Shown here in pieces: positions 46,801 through 58,800 of a DNA stretch of 64,000 nucleotides. Every line of letters starts with the position of its first letter. The stretch's first letter is position 1. The position numbers and the translations under genes are program-made. The stretch covers positions 44,578,001 to 44,642,000 of the forward strand of contig OZ024742.1 of NCBI GenBank assembly GCA_964016885.1, in the 5' to 3' direction. The notes beneath the pieces were generated by a model. It ran no database searches. It was not told the DNA's origin and saw nothing but the letters and a program-made list of their open reading frames with translations. Source of the stretch: Eledone cirrhosa (taxonomy: Eukaryota).

Positions 46801-49800
46801 TAGGTGTGTGTGTGTGACAAGGATGGGACAGTAGTGGTGCTGGCTAGTGTGTAGGTGTGTGTGTGTGACAAAGATGGGGCAGTAGTGCTGCTGGCTAGTG
46901 TGTAGGTGTGTGTGTGTGTGACAAAGATGGGGCAGTAGTGGTGCTGGCTAGTGTGTAGGTGTGTGTGTGTGTGACAAAGATGGGGCAGTAGTGGTGCTGG
47001 CTAGTGTGTAAGTGTGTGTGTGTGTGACAAAGATGGGGCAGTAGTGGTGCTGGCTAGTGTGTAGGTGTGTGTGTGTGACAAAGGTGGAGCAGTAGTGGTG
47101 CTGGCTAGTGTGTAGGTGTGTGTGTGTGACAAAGGTGGGGCAGTAGTGGTGCTGGCTAGTGTGTAGGTGTGTGTGTGACAAAGGTGGGGCAGTAGTGGTT
47201 CTGGCTAGTGTGTAGGTGTGTGTGTGTGACAAAGGTGGGACAGTAGTGGTGCTGGCTAGTGTGTAGGTGTGTGTGTGTGACAAAGGTGGGGCAGTAGTGG
47301 TGCTGGCTAGTGTGTAAGTGTGTGTGTGTGTGACAAAGATGGGACAGTAGTGGTGCTGGCTAGTGTGTAGGTGTGTGTGTGTGACAAAGGTCGGGCAGTA
47401 GTGGTGCTGGCTAGTGTGTAGGTGTGTGTGTGTGACAAAGGTGGGGCAGTAGTGGTGCTGGCTAGTGTGTAAGTGTGTGTGTGTGTGACAAAGATGGGAC
47501 AGTAGTGGTGCTGGCTAGTGTGTAGGTGTGTGTGTGTGTGTGACAAAGGTGGGGCAGTAGTGGTGCTGGCTAGTGTGTAGGTGTGTGTGTGTGACATGGA
47601 TGGGACAGTAGTGTGGCTGGCTAGTGTGTAGGTGTGTGTGTGTGACAAAGGTGGGGCAGTAGTGCTGCTGGCTAGTGTGTAGGTGTGTGTGTGTGACAAA
47701 GATGGGGCAGTAGTGGTGCTGGCTAGTGTGTAAGTGTGTGTGTGTGTGTGACAAAGGTGGGGCAGTAGTGGTGCTGGCTAGTGTGTAGGTGTGTGTGTGT
47801 GACAAAGATGGGGCAGTAGTGGTGCTGGCTAGTGTGTAAGTGTGTGTGTGTGTGTGACAAAGGTGGGGCAGTAGTGGTGCTGGCTAGTGTGTAGGTGTGT
47901 GTGTGTGACAAAGATGGGGCAGTAGTGGTGCTGGCTAGTGTGTAGGTGTGTGTGTGACAAAGGTGGGGCAGTAGTGGTGCTGGCTAGTGTGTAGGTGTGT
48001 GTGTGTGACATGGATGGGACAGTAGTGTTGCTGGCTAGTGTGTAGGTGTGTGTGTGTGACAAAGGTGGGGCAGTAGTGCTGCTGGCTAGTGTGTAGGTGT
48101 GTGTGTGTGACAAAGATGGGGCAGTAGTGGTGCTGGCTAGTGTGTAAGTGTGTGTGTGTGTGACAAAGGTGGGGCAGTAGTGGTGCTGGCTAGTGTGTAG
48201 GTGTGTGTGTGTGACAAAGATGGGGCAGTAGTGGTGCCTGCTAGTGTGTAGGTGTGTGTGTGTGACAAAGGTGGAGCAATAGTGTTGCTGGCTAGTGTGT
48301 AGGTGTGTGTGTATGACAAAGGTGGGGCAGTAGTGGTGCTGGCTAGTGTGTAGGTGTGTGTGTGTGACAAAGATGGGGCAGTAGTGGTGCTGGCTAGTGT
48401 GTAGGTGTGTGTGTGTGACAAAGGTGGGGCAGTAGTGGTGCTGGCTAGTGTGTATGTGTGTGTGTGTGTGACAAAGGTGGGGCAGTAGTGGTGCTGGCTA
48501 GTGTGTAGGTGTGTTTGTGTGACAAGGATGGGGCAGTAGTGGTGCTGGCTAGTGTGTAGGTGTGTGTGTGTGACAAGGATGGGACAGTAGTGGTGCTGGC
48601 TAGTGTGTAGGTGTGTGTGTTGACAAAGGAGGGGCAATAGTGGTGCTGGCTAGTGTGTAGGTGTGTGTGTGTATGACAAAGGTGGGGCAGTAGTGGTGCT
48701 GGCTAGTGTGTAGGTGTGTGTGTGTGACAAAGGTGGGGCAATAGTGGTGCTGGCTAGTGTGTAGGTGTGTGTGTGTATGACAAAGGTGGGGCAGTAGTGG
48801 TGCTGGCTAGTGTGTAGGTGTGTGTGTGTGACAAAGGTGGGGCAGTAATGGTGCTGGCTAGTGTGTAGGTGTGTGTGTGTGACAAGGATGGGACAGTAGT
48901 GGTGCTTGCTAGTGTGTAGGTGTGTGTGTGTGACAAGGATGGGACAGTAGTGGTGCTGGCTAGTGTGTAGGTGTGTGTGTTGACAAAGGAGGGGCAATAG
49001 TGGTGCTGGCTAGTGTGTAGGTGTGTGTGTGTATGACAAAGGTGGGGCAGTAGTGGTGCTGGCTAGTGTGTAGGTGTGTGTGTGTATGACAAAGGTGGGG
49101 CAGTAGTGGTGCTGGCTAGTGTGTAGGTGTGTGTGTGTGACAAAGGTGGGGCAATAGTGGTGCTGGCTAGTGTGTAGGTGTGTGTGTGTATGACAAAGGT
49201 GGGGCAGTAGTGGTGCTGGCTAGTGTGTAGGTGTGTGTGTGTGACAAAGGTGGGGCAGTAATGGTGCTGGCTAGTGTGTAGGTGTGTGTGTGTGACAAGG
49301 ATGGGACAGCAGTGGTGCTTGCTAGTGTGTAGGTGTGTGTGTGTGACAAGGATGGGACAGTAGTGGTGCTGGCTAGTGTGTAGGTGTGTGTGTGTGACAA
49401 AGATGGGGCAGTAGTGCTGCTGGCTAGTGTGTAGGTGTGTGTGTGTGTGACAAAGATGGGGCAGTAGTGGTGCTGGCTAGTGTGTAGGTGTGTGTGTGTG
49501 TGACAAAGATGGGGCAGTAGTGGTGCTGGCTAGTGTGTAAGTGTGTGTGTGTGTGACAAAGATGGGGCAGTAGTGGTGCTGGCTAGTGTGTAGGTGTGTG
49601 TGTGTGACAAAGGTGGAGCAGTAGTGGTGCTGGCTAGTGTGTAGGTGTGTGTGTGTGACAAAGGTGGGGCAGTAGTGGTGCTGGCTAGTGTGTAGGTGTG
49701 TGTGTGACAAAGGTGGGGCAGTAGTGGTTCTGGCTAGTGTGTAGGTGTGTGTGTGTGACAAAGGTGGGACAGTAGTGGTGCTGGCTAGTGTGTAGGTGTG

Positions 49801-52800
49801 TGTGTGTGACAAAGGTGGGGCAGTAGTGGTGCTGGCTAGTGTGTAAGTGTGTGTGTGTGTGACAAAGATGGGACAGTAGTGGTGCTGGCTAGTGTGTAGG
49901 TGTGTGTGTGTGACAAAGGTCGGGCAGTAGTGGTGCTGGCTAGTGTGTAGGTGTGTGTGTGTGACAAAGGTGGGGCAGTAGTGGTGCTGGCTAGTGTGTA
50001 AGTGTGTGTGTGTGTGACAAAGATGGGACAGTAGTGGTGCTGGCTAGTGTGTAGGTGTGTGTGTGTGTGTGACAAAGGTGGGGCAGTAGTGGTGCTGGCT
50101 AGTGTGTAGGTGTGTGTATGTGACATGGATGGGACAGTAGTGTGGCTGGCTAGTGTGTAGGTGTGTGTGTGTGACAAAGGTGGGGCAGTAGTGCTGCTGG
50201 CTAGTGTGTAGGTGTGTGTGTGTGACAAAGATGGGGCAGTAGTGGTGCTGGCTAGTGTGTAAGTGTGTGTGTGTGTGTGACAAAGGTGGGGCAGTAGTGG
50301 TGCTGGCTAGTGTGTAGGTGTGTGTGTGTGACAAAGATGGGGCAGTAGTGGTGCTGGCTAGTGTGTAGGTGTGTGTGTGTGTGACAAAGGTGGGGCAGTA
50401 GTGGTGCTGGCTAGTGTGTAGGTGTGTGTGTGTGACAAAGATGGGGCAGTAGTGGTGCTGGCTAGTGTGTAGGTGTGTGTGTGACAAAGGTGGGGCAGTA
50501 GTGGTGCTGGCTAGTGTGTAGGTGTGTGTGTGTGACATGGATGGGACAGTAGTGTTGCTGGCTAGTGTGTAGGTGTGTGTGTGTGACAAAGGTGGGGCAG
50601 TAGTGCTGCTGGCTAGTGTGTAGGTGTGTGTGTGTGACAAAGATGGGGCAGTAGTGGTGCTGGCTAGTGTGTAAGTGTGTGTGTGTGTGACAAAGGTGGG
50701 GCAGTAGTGGTGCTGGCTAGTGTGTAGGTGTGTGTGTGTGACAAAGATGGGGCAGTAGTGGTGCTGGCTAGTGTGTAGGTGTGTGTGTGTGACAAAGGTG
50801 GAGCAATAGTGTTGCTGGCTAGTGTGTAGGTGTGTGTGTATGACAAAGGTGGGGCAGTAGTGGTGCTGGCTAGTGTGTAGGTGTGTGTGTGTGACAAAGA
50901 TGGGGCAGTAGTGGTGCTGGCTAGTGTGTAGGTGTGTGTGTGTGACAAAGGTGGGGCAGTAGTGGTGCTGGCTAGTGTGTATGTGTGTGTGTGTGTGACA
51001 AAGGTGGGGCAGTAGTGGTGCTGGCTAGTGTGTAGGTGTGTTTGTGTGACAAGGATGGGGCAGTAGTGGTGCTGGCTAGTGTGTAGGTGTGTGTGTGTGA
51101 CAAAGGTGGGGCAGTAGTGGTGCTGGCTAGTGTGTAGGTGTGTGTGTGTGACAAAGGTGGAGCAGTAGTGGTGCTGGCTAGTGTGTAGGTGTGTGTGTGT
51201 GACAAAGGTGGGGCAGTAGTGGTGCTGGCTAGTCTGTAGGTGTGTGTGTGTGACAAAGGTGGGGCAGTAGTGGTGCTGGCTAGTGTGTAGGTGTGTGTGT
51301 GTGACAAAGGTGGGGCAGTAGTGGTGCTGGCTAGTGTGTAGGTGTGTGTGTGTGACAAAGATCGGGCAGTAGTGTTGCTGGCTAGTGTGTAGGTGTGTGT
51401 GTGTGACAAAGGTGGAGCAGTAGTGGTGCTGGCTAGTGTGTAGGTGTGTGTGTGTGACAAGGATGGGGCAGTAGTGGTGCTGGCTAGTGTGTAGGTGTGT
51501 GTGTGTGACAAGGATGGGGCAGTAGTGGTGCTGGCTAGTGTGTAGGTGTGTGTGTGTGACAAATGTGGGGCAGTAGTGGTGCTGGCTAGTGTGTAGGTGT
51601 GTGTGTGACAAGGATGGGGCAGTAGTGGTGCTGGCTAGTGTGTAGGTGTGTGTGTGTGTGTGACAAAGGTGGGGCAGTAGTGTTGCTGGCTAGTGTGTAG
51701 GTGTGTGCGTATGACAAGGATGGGGCAGTAGTGGTGCTGGCTAGTGTGTAGGTGTGTGTGTGTGTGACAAAGGTGGGGCAGTAGTGGTGCTGGCTACTGT
51801 GTAGGTGTGTGTGTGACAAAGGTGGGGCAGTAGTGGTGCTGGCTAGTGTGTAGGTGTGTGTGTGTGTGACAAAGGTGGAGCAGTAGTGGTGCTGGCTAGT
51901 GTGTAGGTGTGTGTGTGTAACAAGGATGGGGCAGTAGTGGTTCTGGCTAGTGTGTAGGTGTGTGTGTGTGTGACACAGGTGGGGCAGTAGTGGTGCTGGC
52001 TAGTGTGTAGGTGTGTGTGTGTGACAAATGTGGGGCAGTAGTGGTGCTGGCTAGTGTGTAGGTGTGTGTGTGTGTGTGTGTGACAAGGATGGGGCAGTAG
52101 TGGTGCTGGCTAGTGTGTAGGTGTGTGTGTGTGTGACAAAGGTGGAGCAGTAGTGGTGCTGGCTAGTGTGTAGGTGTGTGTGTGTGACAAAGGTGGGGCA
52201 GTAGTGGTGCTGGCTAGTGTGTAGGTGTGTGTGTGTGACAAGGATGGGGCAGTAGTGGTGCTGGCTAGTGTGTAGGTGTGTGTGTGTGACAAATGTGGGG
52301 CAGTAGTGGTGCTGGCTAGTGTGTAAGTGTGTGTGTGTGTGTGACAAAGATGGGACAGTAGTGGTGCTGGCTAGTGTGTAGGTGTGTGTGTGTGTGACAA
52401 AGGTGGGGCAGTAGTGGTGCTGGCTAGTGTGTAGGTGTGTGTGTGTGACAAAGGTGGGGCAGTAGTGGTGCTGGCTAGTGTGTAGGTGTGTGTGTGTGAC
52501 AAAGGTGGGGCAGTAGTGGTGCTGGCTAGTGTGTAAGTGTGTGTGTGTGTGACAAAGATGGGACAGTAGTGGTGCTGGCTAGTGTGTAGGTGTGTGTGTG
52601 TGTGACAAAGGTGGGGCAGTAGTGGTGCTGGCTATTGTGTAGGTGTGTGTGTGTGACATGGATGGGACAGTAGTGTTGCTGGCTAGTCTGTAGGTGTGTG
52701 TGTGTGACAAAGGTGGGGCAGTAGTGCTGCTGGCTAGTGTGTAGGTGTGTGTGTGTGACAAAGATGGGGCAGTAGTGGTGCTGGCTAGTGTGTAGGTGTG

Positions 52801-55800
52801 TGTGTGTGACAAAGATGGGGCAGTAGTGGTGCTGGCTAGTGTGTAGGTGTGTGTGTGTGACATGGATGGGACAGTAGTGTTGCTGGCTAGTGTGTAGGTG
52901 TGTGTGTGTGTGACAAAGGTGGGGCAGTAGTGGTGCTGGCTAGTGTGTAGGTGTGTGTGTGTGACAAAGATGGGGCAGTAGTGGTGCTGGCTAGTGTGTA
53001 AGTGTGTGTGTGTGTGACAAAGTTGGGGCGGTAGTGGTGCTGGCTAGTGTGTAGGTGTGTGTGTGTGACAAAGATGGGGCAGTAGTGGTGCTGGCTAGTG
53101 TGTAAGTGTGTGTGTGTGTGACAAAGATGGGGCAGTAGTGGTGCTGGGTAGTGTGTAGGTGTGTGTGTGTGACACGGATGGGGCAATAGTGGTGCTGGCT
53201 AGTGTGTAGGTGTGTGTGTGTGACAAGGATGGGGCAGTAGTGTTGCTGGCTAGTGTGTAGGTGTGTGTGTGTGACAAAGATGGGGCAGTAGTGGTGCTGG
53301 CTAGTGTGTAGGTGTGTCTGTGTGACAAGGATGGGGCAGTAATGGTGCTGGCTAGTGTGCAGGTGTGTGTGTGTGACAAGGATGGGGCAGTAGTGGTGCT
53401 GGCTAGTGTGTAGGTGTGTCTGTGTGACAAGGATGGGGCAGTAGTGGTGCTGGCTAGTGTGTAGGTGTGTGTGTGTGTGACAAAGGTGGGGCAGTAGTGG
53501 TGCTGGCTAGTGTGTAGGTGTGGGTGTGTGACAAAGGTGGGAGAGTAGTGGTGCTGGCTAGTGTGTAGGTGTGTGTGTGTGACAAAGGTGGGGCAGTAGT
53601 GGTGCTGGCTAGTGTGTAGGTGTGTGTGTGTGACAAAGGTGGGGCAGTAGTGGTGCTGGCTAGTGTGTAGGTGTGTGTGTGTGACAAAGGTGGGGCAGTA
53701 GTGGTGCTGGCTAGTGTGTAGGTGTGTGTGTGTGACAAGGATGGGGCAGTAGTGGTGCTGGCTAGTGTGTAGGTGTGTGTGTGTGACAAGGATGGGGCAA
53801 TTGTGGTGCTGGCTAGTGTGTAGGTGTGTGTGTGTGACAAGGATGGGGCAGTAGTGGTGCTGGCTAGTGTGTAGGTGTGTGTGTGTGACAAAGGTGGGGC
53901 AGTTGTGGTGCTGGCTAGTGTGTAGGTGTATGTGTGACAAAGATGGGGCAGTAGTGGTGCTGGCTAGTGTGTAAGTGTGTGTGTGTGTGACAAAGGTGGG
54001 GCAGTAGTGGTGCTGGCTAGTGTGTAAGTGTGTGTGTGTGTGACAAAGATGGGGCAGTAGTGGTGCTGGCTAGTGTGTAGGTGTGTGTGTGTGACAAAGG
54101 TGGGGCAGTAGTGGTGCTGGCTAGTGTGTAGGTGTGTGTGTGTGACAAAGGTGGGGCAGTAGTGGTGCTGGCTAGTGTGTAGGTGTGTGTGTGTGACAAA
54201 GGTGGGGCAGTAGTGGTGCTGGCTAGTGTGTAGGTGTGTGTGCGTGACAAGGATGGGGCAGTAGTGGTGCTGGCTAGTGTGTAGGTGTGTGTGTGTGACA
54301 AGGATGGGGCAGTAGTAGTTCTGGCTAGTGTGTAGGTGTGTGTGTGTGACAAGGATGGGTCAGTAGTTGTGCTGGCTAGTGTGTAGGTGTGTGTGTGTGA
54401 CAAGGATGGGGCAGTAGTGGTGCTGGCTAGTGTGTAGGTGTGTGTGTGTGACAAAGGTGGGGCAGTAGTGGTGCTGGCTAGTGTGTAGGTGTGTGTGTGT
54501 GACAAAGGTGGGGCAGTAGTGGTGCTGGCTAGTGTGTAGGTGTGTGTGTGTGACAAAGGTGGGGCAGTAGTGGTTCTGGCTAGTGTGTAGGTGTGTGTGT
54601 GTGACAAAGGTGGGGCAGTAGTGGTGCTGGCTAGTGTGTAGGTGTGTGTGTGTGACAAAGGTGGGGCAGTAGTGGTGCTGGCTAGTGTGTAGGTGTGTGT
54701 GTGTGACAAAGGTGGGGCAGTAGTAGTGCTGGCTAGTGTGTAGGTGTGTGTGTGTGACAAAGGTGGGGCAGTAGTGGTGCTGGCTAGTGTGTAAGTGTGT
54801 GTATGTGTGACAAAGATGGGACAGTAGTGGTGCTGGCTAGTGTGTAGGTGTGTGTGTGTGACAAAGGTCGGGCAGTAGTGGTGCTGGCTAGTGTGTAGGT
54901 GTGTGTGTGTGACAAAGGTGGGGCAGTAGTGGTGCTGGCTAGTGTGTAAGTGTGTGTGTGTGTGACAAAGATGGGACAGTAGTGGTGCTGGCTAGTGTGT
55001 AGGTGTGTGTGTGTGTGACAAAGGTGGGGCAGTAGTGGTGCTGGCTAGTGTGTAGGTGTGTGTGTGTGACATGGATGGGACAGTAGTGTGGCTGCTAGTG
55101 TGTAGGTGTGTGTGTGTGACAAAGGTGGGGCAGTAGTGCTGCTGGCTAGTGTGTAGGTGTGTGTGTGTGACAAAGATGGGGCAGTAGTGGTGCTGGCTAG
55201 TGTGTAAGTGTGTGTGTGTGTGACAAAGGTGGGGCAGTAGTGGTGCTGGCTAGTGTGTAGGTGTGTGTGTGTGACAAAGATGGGGCAGTAGTGGTGCTGG
55301 CTAGTGTGTAGGTGTGTGTGTGTGTGTGACAAAGGTGGGGCAGTAGTGGTGCTGGCTAGTGTGTAGGTGTGTGTGTGTGACAAAGATGGGGCAGTAGTGG
55401 TGCTGGCTAGTGTGTAGGTGTGTGTGTGACAAAGGTGGGGCAGTAGTGGTGCTGGCTAGTGTGTAGGTGTGTGTGTGTGACATGGATGGGACAGTAGTGT
55501 TGCTGGCTAGTGTGTAGGTGTGTGTGTGTGACAAAGGTGGGTTAGTAGTGCTGCTGGCTAGTGTGTAGGTGTGTGTGTGTGACAAAGATGGGGCAGTAGT
55601 GGTGCTGGCTAGTGTGTAAGTGTGTGTGTGTGTGACAAAGGTGGGGCAGTAGTGGTGCTGGCTAGTGTGTAGGTGTGTGTGTGTGACAAAGATGGGGCAG
55701 TAGTGGTGCTGGCTAGTGTGTAGGTGTGTGTGTGTGACAAAGATAGGGCAGTAGTGGTGCTGGCTAGTGTGTAGGTGTGTGTGTGTGACAAAGGTGGGGA

Positions 55801-58800
55801 AGTAGTGGTGCTGGCTAGTGTGTAGGTGTGTGTGTGACAAAGGTGGGGCAGTAGTGGTGCTGGCTAGTGTGTAGGTGTGTGTGTGTGACAAAGGTGGAGC
55901 AATAGTGTTGCTGGCTAGTGTGTAGGTGTGTGTGTATGACAAAGGTGGGGCAGTAGTGGTGCTGGCTAGTGTGTAGGTGTGTGTGTGTGACAAAGATGGG
56001 GCAGTAGTGGTGCTGGCTAGTGTGTAGGTGTGTGTGTGTGACAAAGGTGGGGCAGTAGTGGTGCTGGCTAGTGTGTAGGTGTGTGTGTGTGACAAAGGTG
56101 GAGCAGTAGTGGTGCTGGCTAGTGTGTAGGTGTGTGTGTGTGACAAAGGTGGGGCAGTAGTGGTGCTGGCTAGTCTGTAGGTGTGTGTGTGTGACAAAGG
56201 TGGGGCAGTAGTGGTGCTGGCTAGTGTGTAGGTGTGTGTGTGTGACAAAGGTGGGGCAGTAGTGGTGCTGGCTAGTGTGTAGGTGTGTGTGTGTGACAAA
56301 GATCGGGCAGTAGTGGTGCTGGCTAGTGTGTAGGTGTGTGTGTGTGACAAAGGTGGAGCAGTAGTGGTGCTGGCTAGTGTGTAGGTGTGTGTGTGTGACA
56401 AGGATGGGGCAGTAGTGGTGCTGGCTAGTGTGTAGGTGTGTGTGTGTGACAAGGATGGGGCAGTAGTGGTGCTGGCTAGTGTGTAGGTGTGTGTGTGTGA
56501 CAAATGTGGGGCAGTAGTGGTGCTGGCTAGTGTGTAGGTGTGTGTGTATGACAAGGATGGGGCAGTAGTGGTGCTGGCTAGTGTGTAGGTGTGTGTGTGT
56601 GTGTGACAAAGGTGGGGCAGTAGTGTTGCTGGCTAGTGTGTAGGTGTGTGTGTATGACAAGGATGGGGCAGTAGTGGTGCTGGCTAGTGTGTAGGTGTGT
56701 GTGTGTGACAAATGTGGGGCAGTAGTGGTGCTGGCTAGTGTGTAGGTGTGTGTGTGTAACAAGGATGGGGCAGTAGTGGTGCTGGCTAGTGTGAAGGTGT
56801 GTGTGTGTGTGACAAAGGTGGAGCAGTAGTGGTGCTGGCTAGTGTGTAGGTGTGTGTGTGTGACAAAGGTGGGGCAGTAGTGGTGCTGGCTAGTGTGTAG
56901 GTGTGTGTGTGTGTGACACAGGTGGGGCAGTAGTGGTGCTGGCTAGTGTGTAGGTGTGTGTGTGTGACAAATGTGGGGCAGTAGTGGTGCTGGCTAGTGT
57001 GTAGGTGTGTGTGTGTGTGTGACAAGGATGGGGCAGTAGTGGTGCTGGCTAGTGTGTAGGTGTGTGTGTGTGTGACAAAGGTGGAGCAGTAGTGGTGCTG
57101 GCTAGTGTGTAGGTGTGTGTGTGTGACAAAGGTGGGACAGTAGTGGTTCTGCCTAGTGTGTAGGTGTGTGTGTGTGTGACACAGGTGGGGCAGTAGTGGT
57201 GCTGGCTAGTGTGTAGGTGTGTGTGTGTGACAAATGTGGGGCAGTAGTGGTGCTGGCTAATGTGTAGGTGTGTGTGTGTGTGTGACAAGGATGGGGCAGT
57301 AGTGGTGCTGGCTAGTGTGTAGGTGTGTGTGTGTGACAAAGGTGGGGCAGTAGTGGTGCTGGCTAGTGTGTAGGTGTGTGTGTGTGTGACAAAGGTGGAG
57401 CAGTAGTGGTGCTGGCTAGTGTGTAGGTGTGTGTGTGTGACAAAGGTGGGGCAGTAGTGGTGCTGGCTAGTGTGTAGGTGTGTGTGTGTGACAAGGATGG
57501 GGCAGTAGTGGTGCTGGCTAGTGTGTAGGTGTGTGTGTGTGATAAATGTGGGGCAGTAGTGGTGCTGGCTAGTGTGTAAGTGTGTGTGTGTGTGACAAAG
57601 ATGGGACAGTAGTGGTGCTGGCTAGTGTGTAGGTGTGTGTGTGTGTGACAAAGGTGGGGCAGTAGTGGTGCTGGCTAGTGTGTAGGTGTGTGTGTGTGAC
57701 AAAGGTGGGGCAGTAGTGGTGCTGGCTAGTGTGTAGGTGTGTGTGTGTGACAAAGGTGGGGCAGTAGTGGTGCTGGCTAGTGTGTAAGTGTGTGTGTGTG
57801 TGACAAAGATGGGAGAGTAGTGGTGCTGGCTAGTGTGTAGGTGTGTGTGTGTGTGACAAAGGTGGGGCAGTAGTGGTGCTGGCTATTGTGTAGGTGTGTG
57901 TGTGTTACATGGATGGGACAGTAGTGTTGCTGGCTAGTCTGTAGGTGTGTGTGTGTGACAAAGGTGGGGCAGTAGTGCTGCTGGCTAGTGTGTAGGTGTG
58001 TGTGTGTGACAAAGATGGGGCAGTAGTGGTGCTGGCTAGTGTGTAGGTGTGTGTGTGTGACACGGATGGGGCAATAGTGGTGCTGGCTAGTGTGTAGGTG
58101 TGTGTGTGTGACAAGGATGGGGCAGTAGTGTTGCTGGCTAGTGTGTAGGTGTGTCTGTGTGACAAGGATGGGGCAGTATTGGTGCTGGCTAGTGTGTAGG
58201 TGTGGGTGTGTGACAAGGATGGGGCAGTAGTGGTGCTGGCTAGTGTGTAGGTGTGTGTGTGTGACAAAGGTGGGGCAGTAATGGTGCTGGCTAGTGTGTA
58301 GGTGTGTGTGTGTGACAAGGATGGGGCAGTAGTGGTGATGGCTAGTGTGTAGGTGTGTGTGTGTGACAAAGATGGGGCAGTAGTGGTGCTGGCTAGTGTG
58401 TAGGTGTGTGTGTGTGACAAAGGTGGGACAGTAGTGGTGCTGGCTAGTGTGTAGGTGTGTGACAAAGGTGGGGCAGTAGTGGTGCTGGCTAGTGTGTAGG
58501 TGTGTGTGTGTGACAAAGATGGGGCAGTAGTGGTGCTGGCTAGTGTGTAGGTGTGTGTGTGTGACAAAGATGGGGCAGTAGTGGTGCTGGCTAGTGTGTA
58601 GGTGTGTGTGTGTGACAAGGATGGGGCAGTAGTGGTGCTGGCTAGTGTGTAGGTGTGTGTGTGTGTGACAAAGGTGGGGCAGTAGTGGTGCTGGCTAGTG
58701 TGTAGGTGTGTGTGTGTGACAAAGATGGGGCAGTAGTGGTGCTGGCTAGTGTGTAGGTGTGTGTGTGTGACAAGGATGGGGCAGTAGTGGTGCTGGCTAG

